NCBI GenBank assembly: GCA_963755825.1
Contig: CAVWLA010000003.1
Coordinates: 1,088,940 to 1,152,939 of the forward strand
From: an uncultured Acidobacteriota bacterium
GTDB lineage: Bacteria; Acidobacteriota; Thermoanaerobaculia; Multivoradales; UBA5704
DNA: 64,000 nucleotides
Direction of reading: 5' to 3'
Notes under the pieces: generated by a model
The model's database searches: none
Told to the model about the DNA's origin: nothing
What the model saw: only the letters and a program-made list of their open reading frames with translations
Shown here: positions 8,657-18,195 of the stretch, piece after piece
How positions within the stretch are numbered: the stretch's first letter is position 1
How the letters are laid out: each line of letters opens with the position of its first letter
Program-made: the position numbers and the translations under genes

Positions 8657-9958
8657 ATGGAACGACGCGTCGCCATCACCGGCATCGGCATGCTGAACGC
8701 CGCCGGCGCCGGCATCGATGCCATCTGGGAGCGGCTGCGCAGCGATCCGCCGCGGCCGGTGGAGTTCGCCGGAGCGCCGCCCACCGAGGGCATCCGCTTC
8801 CCCGTCTACCGGGCGGTCGACTACCGCCTCGCCGAGCTGCCGGTGCCGGCGCGCTGCCGGCGCTGGCTGGCCGAGGAGGGGCTCGAGCACCTCGTCGACC
8901 TCCGCCACCTGATCGGCGCCACGGCTCTCGCCCTCGACGACGCCGGCCTCGCCCCCCACCACGGCGGGGAGGAGCCGCCGGTCGCCGTCGTCGTCGCCGA
9001 CGAGAGCCCGGGATTCGACGCCCTCAGCCAGGCCCTCTTCGAGCTCGGACTCGAGGCGCCGGTGCCTGCCGAGCCGGCGGCGCGCTACGCTCATCTCGCG
9101 GGCCACTTCTTCCAGCTCAACAGCTTCCTCCTCCCCCACTACCTCGCCCGCGCCTTCGGTTTCGAGGGGCTGTCGCTGTTCGTCAACTCCGCCTGCACCT
9201 CGGGCTTGAACGCCCTCGAGATCGCGGCGCAGGAGATCCGCTCCGGCCGCTCGCTCGTCGCCCTCGCCGCCGCCGCCGACGATCCGCTCTCCGCCGCCAA
9301 GTTCCTCTGGTTCCACTCGCTCGGGCTCTACTCGACGGCGGGGACCCTGCGCCCGTTCGACGCCGAGCCGGCCGGCACGGTGTTCGGCGACGGCGGCGCC
9401 GCTCTCGTCCTCGAGGACCTGGAGAGCGCCCGCCGCCGCGGCGCGCGGATCTACGGCGAGCTCCTCGGCTGCGGCTTCGCGCAGGACGGCTGGAAGATCA
9501 CCGTGCCGCAGCCGACGCGCGCCCTCGCCGCCAAGGCGATCGAGCGGGCGCTCGCCGCCGGCCGGGTCGAGGCGGCGGCGGTCGATCTGGTCGTTCCCCA
9601 CGGCGTCGGCACCGCCGCCTCGGACGGCTACGAGGCGCTCGTCCTCCACCAGATCTTCGCGCCGCTGCCGCGCTGGCCGGCGGTGACCGCCTTCAAGCCG
9701 ATGATCGGTCACAACCTGGGCGGCGCCGCGCTGATGGAGATCGGCCTTCTGCTGGCGGCGATGTGGCACGGCTCCATCCCGCCGACCCTCGGTCACCGGC
9801 TGCCGCCGAAACGCCACCCGCTGCCGCTCGTCACCCGCTGGACGGAGCGGAGCGTCGAGCTGGCGGTCAAGCTCACCTGCGGCTTCGCCGGCTACTTCGG
9901 CGCCGCGGTCTTCCGGCGCCACGGCGGCGGCGCCGGCCAGGGAGCGGAATCGCCATGA
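8657..9958 (+). CDS. Beta-ketoacyl-ACP synthase (second KS)
   Basis: VAITGIGMLNAAG start, active-site Cys in NSACTSGLNALE, His in VPHGVGTAASD, His in MIGHNLGGAALME. Confidence 0.9.
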   Translation: MERRVAITGIGMLNAAGAGIDAIWERLRSDPPRPVEFAGAPPTEGIRFPVYRAVDYRLAELPVPARCRRWLAEEGLEHLVDLRHLIGATALALDDAGLAPHHGGEEPPVAVVVADESPGFDALSQALFELGLEAPVPAEPAARYAHLAGHFFQLNSFLLPHYLARAFGFEGLSLFVNSACTSGLNALEIAAQEIRSGRSLVALAAAADDPLSAAKFLWFHSLGLYSTAGTLRPFDAEPAGTVFGDGGAALVLEDLESARRRGARIYGELLGCGFAQDGWKITVPQPTRALAAKAIERALAAGRVEAAAVDLVVPHGVGTAASDGYEALVLHQIFAPLPRWPAVTAFKPMIGHNLGGAALMEIGLLLAAMWHGSIPPTLGHRLPPKRHPLPLVTRWTERSVELAVKLTCGFAGYFGAAVFRRHGGGAGQGAESP

Positions 9959-11103
9959 GAGACGCTGACAATCCGGTCGACCGGCTGATCGACGCGAGCT
10001 ACCTCGAGACCTCGCGGCGGGCGACGGACTACGTCGCCGCGCTGAGCGTCGGCATCCTCCGCGAGCTGGGGCTCTGGAACGCCGCGGACCTCGAGCAGCC
10101 GCGCACGGCGGGCGAGTGGATGACCGCGCTCGCCGTCGTCGAGGAGCTCGGCATCGCCTTCGCCTGGCTGCTCGAGGAGGGTCGGCGCCTCGGCGCCCTG
10201 GGCGTCGCGCCCGGCGGCGGCTCGCAGGCGCCGGCCGGGCCGCTCTACGCGCCCGCCGCGCCGGCGGTCGCCGAGGAGATCGTCGGCGGCCTGGCGGCGC
10301 TCCGCGACCGGGCGATCGGCTCGGGCTCGTCGCTCGAGATGTTCGACTACGTCGCCTCGCGCTACGTCGACTTCCTGCGCGGCCAGCGCTCGGGAAACGC
10401 CATCCTCTACAAGGGTGCGGCCCTCGAGGTGACCTGCCGCTACTACTCGGCGGCCAACCCGCTCTACGACGTCCACAACCAGCTCGGCTGGCTGGGCGTC
10501 GAGGCGGCCCTCGCCCGGCTCGGGCGCCCGGCGCGCCTGCTCGAGGTGGGCGCCGGCACCGGCGGCGCCACCGAGGCGGTGCTGCGCGGCCTGGCGGCGG
10601 GCGCGCCCGCCGCGGGCGGCAGCCTCGTCGTCACCGACATCTCTCCCTCGTTCGCGCTCGGCACCGTCGAGCGCCTGGCGAGCGGCGGCGCGCTGCCGAT
10701 CCCCCTCGAGCACCGCAAGCTCGACTTCACCCGCCCGCCGCTCGAGCAGGGCGTGGCGCCCGGCAGCGTCGACGTGATCCTGGCGGTCAACGCCCTCCAC
10801 AACGCCGGCGATCCCGTCGCCGCGCTCGCCAACCTGCGCTCCTACCTGGCGCCCGACGGCTCTCTGGTCGTCTCCGAGTCGATCTGCGACCCCGGCGCCC
10901 ACGTGCACCAGGAGTTCGTCTTCAACCTGCTGCCGTACGCCCCGCGCGGCCGCTTCCGCGCCGAGCCGCCGACCTCGCGCTTCCTCTCCGCCGCGGCGTG
11001 GGGAGAGATCCTCGGCGAGGCAGGGTACGGCGGCGAGGTGCGGCGCAACGGCGAGGGGCCGCAGCTGGCGCTCCTCGCCATCGCGCGGCCCGGCGGCCTC
11101 TGA
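9955..11103 (+). CDS. Class I SAM-dependent methyltransferase
   Basis: Motif I LLEVGAGTGGATEAV and motif II VDVILAVNALH. ATG at 9955 overlaps the KS2 stop (ATGA). The ORF-track start at 9763 would overlap KS2 extensively, so I trimmed it. Confidence 0.8.
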   Translation: MRDADNPVDRLIDASYLETSRRATDYVAALSVGILRELGLWNAADLEQPRTAGEWMTALAVVEELGIAFAWLLEEGRRLGALGVAPGGGSQAPAGPLYAPAAPAVAEEIVGGLAALRDRAIGSGSSLEMFDYVASRYVDFLRGQRSGNAILYKGAALEVTCRYYSAANPLYDVHNQLGWLGVEAALARLGRPARLLEVGAGTGGATEAVLRGLAAGAPAAGGSLVVTDISPSFALGTVERLASGGALPIPLEHRKLDFTRPPLEQGVAPGSVDVILAVNALHNAGDPVAALANLRSYLAPDGSLVVSESICDPGAHVHQEFVFNLLPYAPRGRFRAEPPTSRFLSAAAWGEILGEAGYGGEVRRNGEGPQLALLAIARPGGL

Positions 11104-11106
11104 CCG

Positions 11107-11127
11107 CGGATCGAGCGGCCGCCGCTC
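11107..11127. terminator. Palindrome GAGCGGCCGCCGCTC in the 22-bp gap between the convergent methyltransferase and LolA-like genes; candidate bidirectional terminator
   Basis: Inverted repeat read from the sequence. It overlaps the LolA-like stop codon. Confidence 0.25.
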
Positions 11128-12019
11128 AGGGGCCGCTGCGCACCAGGAGACCGCTCGCGACCCACGCGGTCCAGCGGTCGGCGACCGTCGGCAGCATGGC
11201 GGGCTCGAAGAGCTGTGGCCCGATGGCGGCGGGCAGCGCGCCGATGTCCCTCAAGGTGAGCACCGAGGAGCGGCCGCCGGCGAGGAGCATGGTCATCCTG
11301 AGCGGCGTCCACGACGTCCCCACCTGCCTGAACGCATCGATGCGGAGCTGCTTCTCGGGCGCTCCCGCCGCCTGGCGGAAGAAGTCGGCGCCGAGGATGA
11401 GCTGGCGGTCGGCGCTGAGGTAATAGCGAACGCGGGACCAGGCGGTGCTCTCGGCGACCGCCGGCGTCGCCGGCACGGCGTCGACCATCCACACCTCGCG
11501 GCCGCGCAGCAGGGTCTTCCCCGCCAGCGTCAGGCGGCGGCCGGCGGCCAGGCGCCAGCGCAGGTCGGTGTAGCTGAAGTCGGACCCCAGGAGCCCCTCC
11601 TCGAAGCGGCCCGGGGTGATCGTCAGCACCTGCCGGAGGCCGACCGGGAGGCGCATGTAGAGGGTCATGCCGGTCGGCACTTTCGGGTCCTCGTCGAGCA
11701 GATAGCTGGTGCCGCGCAGGCCGGCGGGCTGCTCGAGCACCACCAGGGAGCGCAGCTGATCGCCGATCGGGCGCCAGAAGTGGAGCACCGTGAAGGTGCG
11801 GGTGACCGTCGCGCCCGACTTGAGCTCGAGGTAGACCCGCCGCCAGCCGGGGCTGCCGAAGTCGCGGGCGTTGTAGGCGCGGACGAGCCCCGCGGCGTCC
11901 GCGGCGGCTGCCGGGGGAACGGCGGCGGTGGCGGCACGGGCTGCGGCGGCCGTCACCTCGGAACGGGTTCCGGCGACCGCCGCCAGCGCCAGCAGGGCGG
12001 CGAGGCATCTGGCTCTCAT
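11126..12019 (-). CDS. LolA-like outer-membrane lipoprotein carrier/sorting protein (signal peptide)
   Basis: 297 aa with N-terminal signal MRARCLAALLALAAVAG and a predicted beta-rich mature protein. It sits directly downstream of, and overlaps, the MMPL exporter gene, which is the LolA+MMPL pairing typical of aryl-polyene type clusters. The fold assignment comes from that context and my recollection of the family. Confidence 0.55.
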   Translation of the reverse strand: MRARCLAALLALAAVAGTRSEVTAAAARAATAAVPPAAAADAAGLVRAYNARDFGSPGWRRVYLELKSGATVTRTFTVLHFWRPIGDQLRSLVVLEQPAGLRGTSYLLDEDPKVPTGMTLYMRLPVGLRQVLTITPGRFEEGLLGSDFSYTDLRWRLAAGRRLTLAGKTLLRGREVWMVDAVPATPAVAESTAWSRVRYYLSADRQLILGADFFRQAAGAPEKQLRIDAFRQVGTSWTPLRMTMLLAGGRSSVLTLRDIGALPAAIGPQLFEPAMLPTVADRWTAWVASGLLVRSGP

Positions 12020-14328
12020 GGGTTCTCCCGGCGCAGGAAGGCGCAGCTCGGCACGACGAGGAGGGTGAGCGCCGCGCAGAGCGCCATGGCGAAGCAGACC
12101 AGGATGCCGAGCTCGCGGTTGGGCGGCACCACCGAGAAGCAGAGGACGGAGAAGCCGCTGACGATGGCGATCGTGCTGGCGAGGATCGCCGGCCCGGTCA
12201 TCACGTAGGCCTCGAGCATCGCCTCCCCGTCGCTCTTCGCCCGGCGGCGGACCTGGTATTGGGCCACCAGGTGGATGGCATAGTCGATGCCGATGCCGAG
12301 CGCGATGCTGGCGAACATCGAGTTCGCCGTGCCCAGCGGCACGCCGAGCGCCGCCAGGGTCCCCAGCACCAGCAGCACGCTCACCGCCACCGGCAGCACC
12401 GACATCAGCGCCGCGCGCAGCGAGCGGAAGAGGGCGAGCGTCAGCAGCAGGTCGAAGGCGAGGGCGAAGCCGATCGAGCGCGCCTGCCCGACCACCAGCG
12501 AGCGCACCGCCAGGTAGCCGATCCAGCCGTCGCCGAACGGCACCACGTGGGCGCCCTCGCCGAGCACCTGCTGCGCCGAGCGCTCGGCGAGCTCGAGCAC
12601 CTCGCGGATGCGCGAGTAGTTGGCGCCGCGGACGAAGACCAGCAGGTGGGCGTAGCGCGCCTCGCCGTCGAGCCGGCGGGCGCTGGAGAGCCGCATCGCC
12701 GAGCTGATGAGCACCACCGCCTGCTCGATCTCCTGCTGCGACAGCGAGCGCGTCCCCTGCTTGAGCTCGCGCCGGTAGGTCCGATAGTCGACGCGGGAGA
12801 GCGCCGCGGCGACGCGCACGACGTCGCCATACGGGCTCATCGTGGCGCCCACCCAGGGGCTGGCGGCCAGCCGGTCCTCGATCTCGCCGATCCCCCGGAG
12901 CGCTCCCGGCGCCAGGAAGCCGTCGCGGCCGCCGCTGTCGATCATCAGGTCGAGGGTGTTGGTGCCGGCGAGCAGCCGGTTGATGGCGCGATCCCCCCGC
13001 ACCGTCTCGCTCGCGGCGGGGAGGTTCCCCACCCAGTTGTCCTCGATCTTCAGGCGGGTGACGGCGAGGGCGAGCGCCGGGAGGGCGAAGAGGGCGACGG
13101 CGGCGAGCGCTCTCCCCGCCCCGCCGCCCGCCAGCCGCCGCGCGAACGACTCGAGGCCGCGCTCGGCGACGCGGGTGAACGGGCTGTCGCCGGGCTTCAG
13201 CTGGGGATCGATGAGCACCAGGAGGGCGGGGAGGAGGGTGAAGGTGAAGACCACCGAGAAGAAGACCGAGAGCGCGCCGTAGGTGCCGAAGATGCGCTGC
13301 GGCTCGAGCTTCACCACCGCCAGCGAGAGCAGCCCGGCGAGGGTCGCCGCCGCGGTGACGCGGATGGCCGGGATGACGAAGGAGAAGGCGACCAGGGCGG
13401 TCTCCGCCACCGGCCTCTGCGGTTGGCGGCGCGACTCGACGCAGAAGCGGTTGAGCGCGTAGACGTCGTCGGTGACGCCGATGACGATGAGGATGACCGG
13501 CAGAGTCAGAGTGGTGATGAAGACCGACTCGCCGCGGAGCCCCATCAGACCGAGCGTCCAGAGCAGGCTGACGCCGACCTCGATGAGCGAGGCGAGCGGC
13601 GGGATGGGATGCGCGAGGACGAGGCTCATCACCACGATGAGGACGACGATGACGATGGGGACCAGCCAGGCGAGGTCGTGCGCCGAGGTCACCCCGAGGG
13701 CCGCCTGCGCCATCACCGTGCCGCTCGAATAGAGGGGGAGGCCGCGGCGGCGATAGCGCGCCACCAGGCGGTCGATGCGAAGCCCGAGCTCGGCGCGGTC
13801 GGCCGCCGGCTCGACCTCGGCGTAGATGGCCGCCGCCCGCCCGTCGCGGGTCACCAGGATGCCGTCGTCGAGGCCGGTTTCGGCGGTCTCCCGCCGCAGC
13901 TGCCGCGCCATCCGCTCGTCGGCGGCGGCGCCGCGGGCGAGGAGCGCGCGCAGGTCGAGGTTGTCGCCCTCGAGCGAGAAGTGAGGCACGGTGGCGAGGC
14001 TGCTCACCGACTCCGGCAGGATCCCCTCGGTGGCGGCGAGGTCGCGGCTCAGCTCCTGCACCAGCCGCAGGGCGTCCGGCGTGAAGATCCCGCGGCCGCC
14101 GCCGGCTCCCCCGCCGTCGATACCGAGGACGACGACGTCGTTGAGGCCGAAGCGGCGCGCGGCGGAGTCGCTGGCGCGCATCTCGGGGGCGCCCTGCGGG
14201 ATGAGCGCGCGGGCGTCGAGCCGCAGGCGGACGCGGGGGATCGCGCAGCAGGCGAGGACCGTCAACAGCGCGGCGATGGCGACGATCAGCCGCGGATGGC
14301 GGACCGAGAAACGGAGGAGAAAGTGCAT
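12016..14328 (-). CDS. MMPL-family RND exporter (lipid/pigment exporter, ApeM/HpnN-like)
   Basis: Trimmed from the 1402-aa ORF to Met MHFLLRFSVRHPRLIVAIAALLTVL. It has two 6-TM bundles separated by periplasmic loops and ends ...VVPSCAFLRRENP. About 770 aa. Confidence 0.85.
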   Translation of the reverse strand: MHFLLRFSVRHPRLIVAIAALLTVLACCAIPRVRLRLDARALIPQGAPEMRASDSAARRFGLNDVVVLGIDGGGAGGGRGIFTPDALRLVQELSRDLAATEGILPESVSSLATVPHFSLEGDNLDLRALLARGAAADERMARQLRRETAETGLDDGILVTRDGRAAAIYAEVEPAADRAELGLRIDRLVARYRRRGLPLYSSGTVMAQAALGVTSAHDLAWLVPIVIVVLIVVMSLVLAHPIPPLASLIEVGVSLLWTLGLMGLRGESVFITTLTLPVILIVIGVTDDVYALNRFCVESRRQPQRPVAETALVAFSFVIPAIRVTAAATLAGLLSLAVVKLEPQRIFGTYGALSVFFSVVFTFTLLPALLVLIDPQLKPGDSPFTRVAERGLESFARRLAGGGAGRALAAVALFALPALALAVTRLKIEDNWVGNLPAASETVRGDRAINRLLAGTNTLDLMIDSGGRDGFLAPGALRGIGEIEDRLAASPWVGATMSPYGDVVRVAAALSRVDYRTYRRELKQGTRSLSQQEIEQAVVLISSAMRLSSARRLDGEARYAHLLVFVRGANYSRIREVLELAERSAQQVLGEGAHVVPFGDGWIGYLAVRSLVVGQARSIGFALAFDLLLTLALFRSLRAALMSVLPVAVSVLLVLGTLAALGVPLGTANSMFASIALGIGIDYAIHLVAQYQVRRRAKSDGEAMLEAYVMTGPAILASTIAIVSGFSVLCFSVVPPNRELGILVCFAMALCAALTLLVVPSCAFLRRENP

Positions 14329-14372
14329 CGAGAGGAGGGCCTCAGGCGGCGGGCGCTCCGGGAGGACAGCCG

Positions 14373-16256
14373 CTAACGCCGCTTGCCGCCGTGGGCGTCG
14401 GCCGCGGCTGGTGCCGCCGGTGCCGGCGGTATCGGCGCGGCCGGCGGAACCGCCAGCGCGCGCTGGGCCTTGGCGACGGCGTCCTCGGCGTAGGCCTCGC
14501 GGACGTTGAGCAGCTCGAAGGAGAGGTAGCGGTCTCCCTCGGCGCTCGCCGTCCAGCCGCGGTAGACCGGCGGCACCCGGAACATGAACTCCGGCCAGAA
14601 GCGCTCGGGCCCGACCTCGCGCCCGGCGACCTTGAAGTTGGGATCGATCTTGCCGTCGCCGTCGAGATCGGTGGGCAGCGTGTCGGGCTGGTAGAGGATC
14701 AGCGAGCGCAGGAACGCCTGCACGTCCTCGCGATCGGCCGCCGACGCCGCGGCGTACCGCTGCTGGGATTGCGCGGCCTCGCCGCCGTGGCGGCGGATGA
14801 CGTCGTCGAGGGAGGGGCTCTGGCCGTCGTGCCCGTAGGGGGCGCTGGAGCCGGCGCCCCACAGCGCCAGGGTGCGGAAGCGCTTGGTGACGAAGAGCTT
14901 GCCGTCGCGGTAGTCGTACTCCCAGAAGCGCTCGCCGAGGTCGTGATGGCGCAGGTCGGTGAAGACGTTGTCGACGGTGAAGCCGCCGCGCTTCGGCACC
15001 ACCAGCGTGCGGCCGTCCGCTCCCGGCACCTCGCGGGTGAGCGAGCGCATCGTCCCCTCGAGACGGCGGGCGGAATCGTTCCACGCCACGTGGAGGTCGA
15101 AGAAGCGGCGGTCGCCGGGCATGCCGGAGCGCTCGTCGGCGGGCAGGATGTCCCAGCGCGCGGTATGGCAGGAGGTGCAGGCCATGGCGTCCATCAGCCG
15201 GCGGCCGTGCTGGGTGCCGGCGGTCTGCGGCCCCACCGCCGGCGCCGGGTGGTTCATCAGGTACCACTCGAGGAGGTCGAGCTCGCCCTCGCCGATCTTG
15301 CCCCGCTGGTCCTTGTCCTTCAGCGCGGCGGGGTCGCCGGTGAGGAAGATCTCGGACTGCAGCGACCCGGCGTTGCTCCTCTTGCCCCAGTCGAGCAGCC
15401 AGAAGCCGGCGGGCGTGTGGGCGACGGGGACGTCGATGAGGATGCCGTTGATGGTGTTGAAGACGCCGATCGAGAACGAGCGCATAGAGGGGAACTGGTG
15501 GTCGCCCGCCGAGGTCGCGAAGGCGCCGATCTCCAAGTCGTAGCCGACGATGCCGGGCGTCGTCAGGCGGGCCACCTTGCCGTCCGGGGCCCGCTTCACC
15601 CGCTCGCCGTGGGCGCCCACCATCCGCACGATGAAGATGGGGTTCAAGTCGGGAAGGCCGTCGCCGTTGAGGTCGTCGAGCGGGCCGAAGTCGACCGTCA
15701 CGCCGGGCGACGACTCGATCACCGCGCGGCGCCCCTTGGTCTCGGCGGGGTAATCGAGGAAGCCGTTGTGGTTGGTGTCGTAGGCGTCGAGGATCTGCTG
15801 CCGGATCTGCAGACCGATGGTCTCGATCAGGCCGTCGCCGAAGAGGTGGGGGGCGTTGCGCCCCGGGCCCACCGGGATGGCGACGTCGCCGCCGGCTCCG
15901 GGGCTGGCGAAGGGGAGGTTGTGGCACATGCCGCAGGAGGTCGACGAGGTCGCCTCGGGCCGCTTGGGCAGCGAGCGCATGGCGCCGTCCTCGGCCCCCC
16001 ACTCGCGGAAGAAGTACCAGCGGCCGAGCTGATAGGTGAGCCAGGGGTCGTGCTGCTGGAGGTCCATCGAAGTGCCCGGCGCGCCCGGCGTCGACGAGTG
16101 CAGGACGCGCATCCGCGGCGTGCGGAGCGAGATGCCGCTGGGATCGTCGGGGCGGACGGAGAGCTGGGCGCCGGCGCGCACCGAGAGCGCCACCAGGGGG
16201 ACCAGCAGCAGCAGCAGGCTCCAACGCAAGGGCCGGTTATTGAGCGCTCGGCGCAT
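14373..16256 (-). CDS. Di-heme c-type cytochrome, DUF1111 / 'di-haem oxidoreductase, putative peroxidase'-like, secreted, with EF-hand-like Ca-binding loops
   Basis: Signal peptide. Two CxxCH motifs (CGMCHNL and CTSCHTARW). DxNxNG / DxDGDG loops (DTNHNGFLDYPAE, DDLNGDGLPDLN, DLDGDGKIDPN). 627 aa. Confidence 0.6.
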   Translation of the reverse strand: MRRALNNRPLRWSLLLLLVPLVALSVRAGAQLSVRPDDPSGISLRTPRMRVLHSSTPGAPGTSMDLQQHDPWLTYQLGRWYFFREWGAEDGAMRSLPKRPEATSSTSCGMCHNLPFASPGAGGDVAIPVGPGRNAPHLFGDGLIETIGLQIRQQILDAYDTNHNGFLDYPAETKGRRAVIESSPGVTVDFGPLDDLNGDGLPDLNPIFIVRMVGAHGERVKRAPDGKVARLTTPGIVGYDLEIGAFATSAGDHQFPSMRSFSIGVFNTINGILIDVPVAHTPAGFWLLDWGKRSNAGSLQSEIFLTGDPAALKDKDQRGKIGEGELDLLEWYLMNHPAPAVGPQTAGTQHGRRLMDAMACTSCHTARWDILPADERSGMPGDRRFFDLHVAWNDSARRLEGTMRSLTREVPGADGRTLVVPKRGGFTVDNVFTDLRHHDLGERFWEYDYRDGKLFVTKRFRTLALWGAGSSAPYGHDGQSPSLDDVIRRHGGEAAQSQQRYAAASAADREDVQAFLRSLILYQPDTLPTDLDGDGKIDPNFKVAGREVGPERFWPEFMFRVPPVYRGWTASAEGDRYLSFELLNVREAYAEDAVAKAQRALAVPPAAPIPPAPAAPAAADAHGGKRR

Positions 16257-18195
16257 GGCTCGCCACCGTCTCCTTCTTGGGCAGCCCGCCGAGCACGTCG
16301 GGAAAGCCGTCGTGATCGGCGTCCGCTCGATAGGGCAGGTTGAGGCCGAAGGCCTCGGGGATGTTGGTGATCACCTGCAGCAGCCTGGCGTGGCCGCGCG
16401 GATCGGTGACCGTCGCCAGATAGCGGTAGACCGGCGGATGCTTGAACAGGAAGTGGGCGTCGAAGCGCTCGTAGCCGACGCTCTGGCCGGCGACCTTGAA
16501 GTCGTCGGCGATCTTGCCGTCGCCGTCGATGTCGGCGGGGATCTCGGTCGTCGGATAGAGCACCAGCGAGCGCAGGTACTCGAGCAGCAGCTCGCGCTTC
16601 GCCTCCGGCAGGGCGCGATAGGCGGCGGCCTCCGCCTCGGCGCTGCCGCCGTGCGCCCAGATCGCGGTGTCCAAGGTGGCGAAGTTGCCGCCGTGACCGT
16701 ACGGCCCCGTGCTGCCGGCGCCCCACAGCGGCGCCGTGCGGTGCTCGCGCTGCAGGGTGCCGTCGAAGCGGCGCTCGAAGAAGGCCGGCCCGATGTCCCA
16801 GTGCTTGAAGTCGCTGTAGACCCGCGGCACGGCGGCGGCGGCGCCGCTCGGCGACAGATCGCCCTTGGCGGAGCGCTTCCACAGCCGCTCGAGCGAGCCG
16901 ACGATCTCGGTCGAGCCGTCCGCGGCGACCCGGCTGTGGGTCGCCAGGTGGAAGAGGCGGCGGTCGCCGCTGAAGCCGAGCTTGTCGTCGCGCGCCTCGA
17001 CGCGCCAGCTCTCGACGTGGCAGCGGGTGCAGCCGATCTCGGTCAGCACGGCGCGGCCCTCTTCGCTGTGCGCCGTCGGCCGCACCGTCGGCGGCGGGGT
17101 GTGCAGGATGTAGAACTCGATGGCGTCGAGATCGCCCTCGGTGAGCTCGCTGACGACGCCGTCGTGGTCGGGATCGTCGAGCGAGATGCCGCCCGCCGTG
17201 CGCCGCAGGCCGGGATCGACCGAGCCGCCGAAGTCGTACTGCTGGGCGCCGTTCAGCGACACCCGGGCGCGGCCGCCGTAGCCGCTCGGCCCGCCGTTGG
17301 CGTTCTGCTGCGTCGGATCGTGGGCCTGGAGGCCCATGTGGACGTCGGCGGCGGTGGCGTAGAACTCGCGCACCGTCGCCGCCTCGCCGCCCTGCGAGAT
17401 GCGGCGCTCGCCGACCCGCCGGTAGCCGCGGCCCCAGCCGAAGGGCTCCATGGCGAAATCGAACGCCGCCACCCGCGGATCGTCGAGGCCGACGGCGTCC
17501 TTGATCACCTTGCCGGCGCTGTCGACGTACCAGAGGCGGAAGACGGTGTTGAGGCGCGGCACGCCGTCGGCGCCGGGCGCCAGATCGCCGTAGTCGATCG
17601 CCGGGGCGTCCGGGCGCGGCCGGATGAGCGCCGGCATCGCCGCCTTCACCTCGGCGCGGTCGATGACGCCGTTGTGGTTGGTGTCGTATTGATTCATCAG
17701 CATCGTGCGCACCTGCGCGCCGAGCATCTCGACCAGGCCGGCGCCGTAGAAGTGCGTCGTGTTGCGCCCGAAGCCGCTGGTCGAGGCGATGGTCTGGCCG
17801 GAGGAGGGCTCGCTGTAGACGCTCGAGTGGCACATGCCGCAGCTGGCGGCGTGGTTGCGCGCGAAGCGCGCCCCGCCGTGCACCAGCCCCTGCGTCGGCT
17901 CGGCGTAGAGCGGCACGTCGAGGGCGCCGATGCGGCCGTAGACGCCGTGCTTGAGCTCGAACTGGCGGTTCACCAGGTCGCGGCCGGTCTGGTACAGCAG
18001 GAAGGGGTCGTGCGCCCGCAGATCCGCCGTGGCGCCGCGCTTGGCGGTGTCGGTGGAGGAGACGAGATGGATCAGCGGATAGGGGATCGCCGTGCCGGTC
18101 GGATCGCTCGCGTTCTCCGCGACCTGAGCCCACACCGCGGCGACAGATCCGAGGAGCAGAACCGCGAAGAGACCTTTGCCGACCTCGCCTGCCAT
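16237..18195 (-). CDS. Di-heme c-type cytochrome, paralog of the previous gene (DUF1111-like)
   Basis: CGMCHSS and CTRCHVESW heme-binding motifs, DTNHNGVIDRAE and DIDGDGKIADD loops, signal peptide MAGEVGKGLFAVLLLGSVAAVWAQV. Its stop overlaps the start of the downstream paralog by about 20 nt. Confidence 0.6.
   Translation of the reverse strand: MAGEVGKGLFAVLLLGSVAAVWAQVAENASDPTGTAIPYPLIHLVSSTDTAKRGATADLRAHDPFLLYQTGRDLVNRQFELKHGVYGRIGALDVPLYAEPTQGLVHGGARFARNHAASCGMCHSSVYSEPSSGQTIASTSGFGRNTTHFYGAGLVEMLGAQVRTMLMNQYDTNHNGVIDRAEVKAAMPALIRPRPDAPAIDYGDLAPGADGVPRLNTVFRLWYVDSAGKVIKDAVGLDDPRVAAFDFAMEPFGWGRGYRRVGERRISQGGEAATVREFYATAADVHMGLQAHDPTQQNANGGPSGYGGRARVSLNGAQQYDFGGSVDPGLRRTAGGISLDDPDHDGVVSELTEGDLDAIEFYILHTPPPTVRPTAHSEEGRAVLTEIGCTRCHVESWRVEARDDKLGFSGDRRLFHLATHSRVAADGSTEIVGSLERLWKRSAKGDLSPSGAAAAVPRVYSDFKHWDIGPAFFERRFDGTLQREHRTAPLWGAGSTGPYGHGGNFATLDTAIWAHGGSAEAEAAAYRALPEAKRELLLEYLRSLVLYPTTEIPADIDGDGKIADDFKVAGQSVGYERFDAHFLFKHPPVYRYLATVTDPRGHARLLQVITNIPEAFGLNLPYRADADHDGFPDVLGGLPKKETVASHAPSAQ

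Noticed and set aside
1-11103. Enediyne biosynthetic cluster
   Set aside because: Only the Unb-like accessory trio is present. There is no iterative type-I PKSE, TE (E10) or E3/E4/E5 genes; the KS genes are discrete type-II enzymes.
12259-14376. 705-aa plus-strand ORF (Arg/Glu/Gly-rich)
   Set aside because: It lies fully antisense to the well-supported MMPL exporter gene. Composition is low-complexity, typical of spurious ORFs in high-GC DNA.
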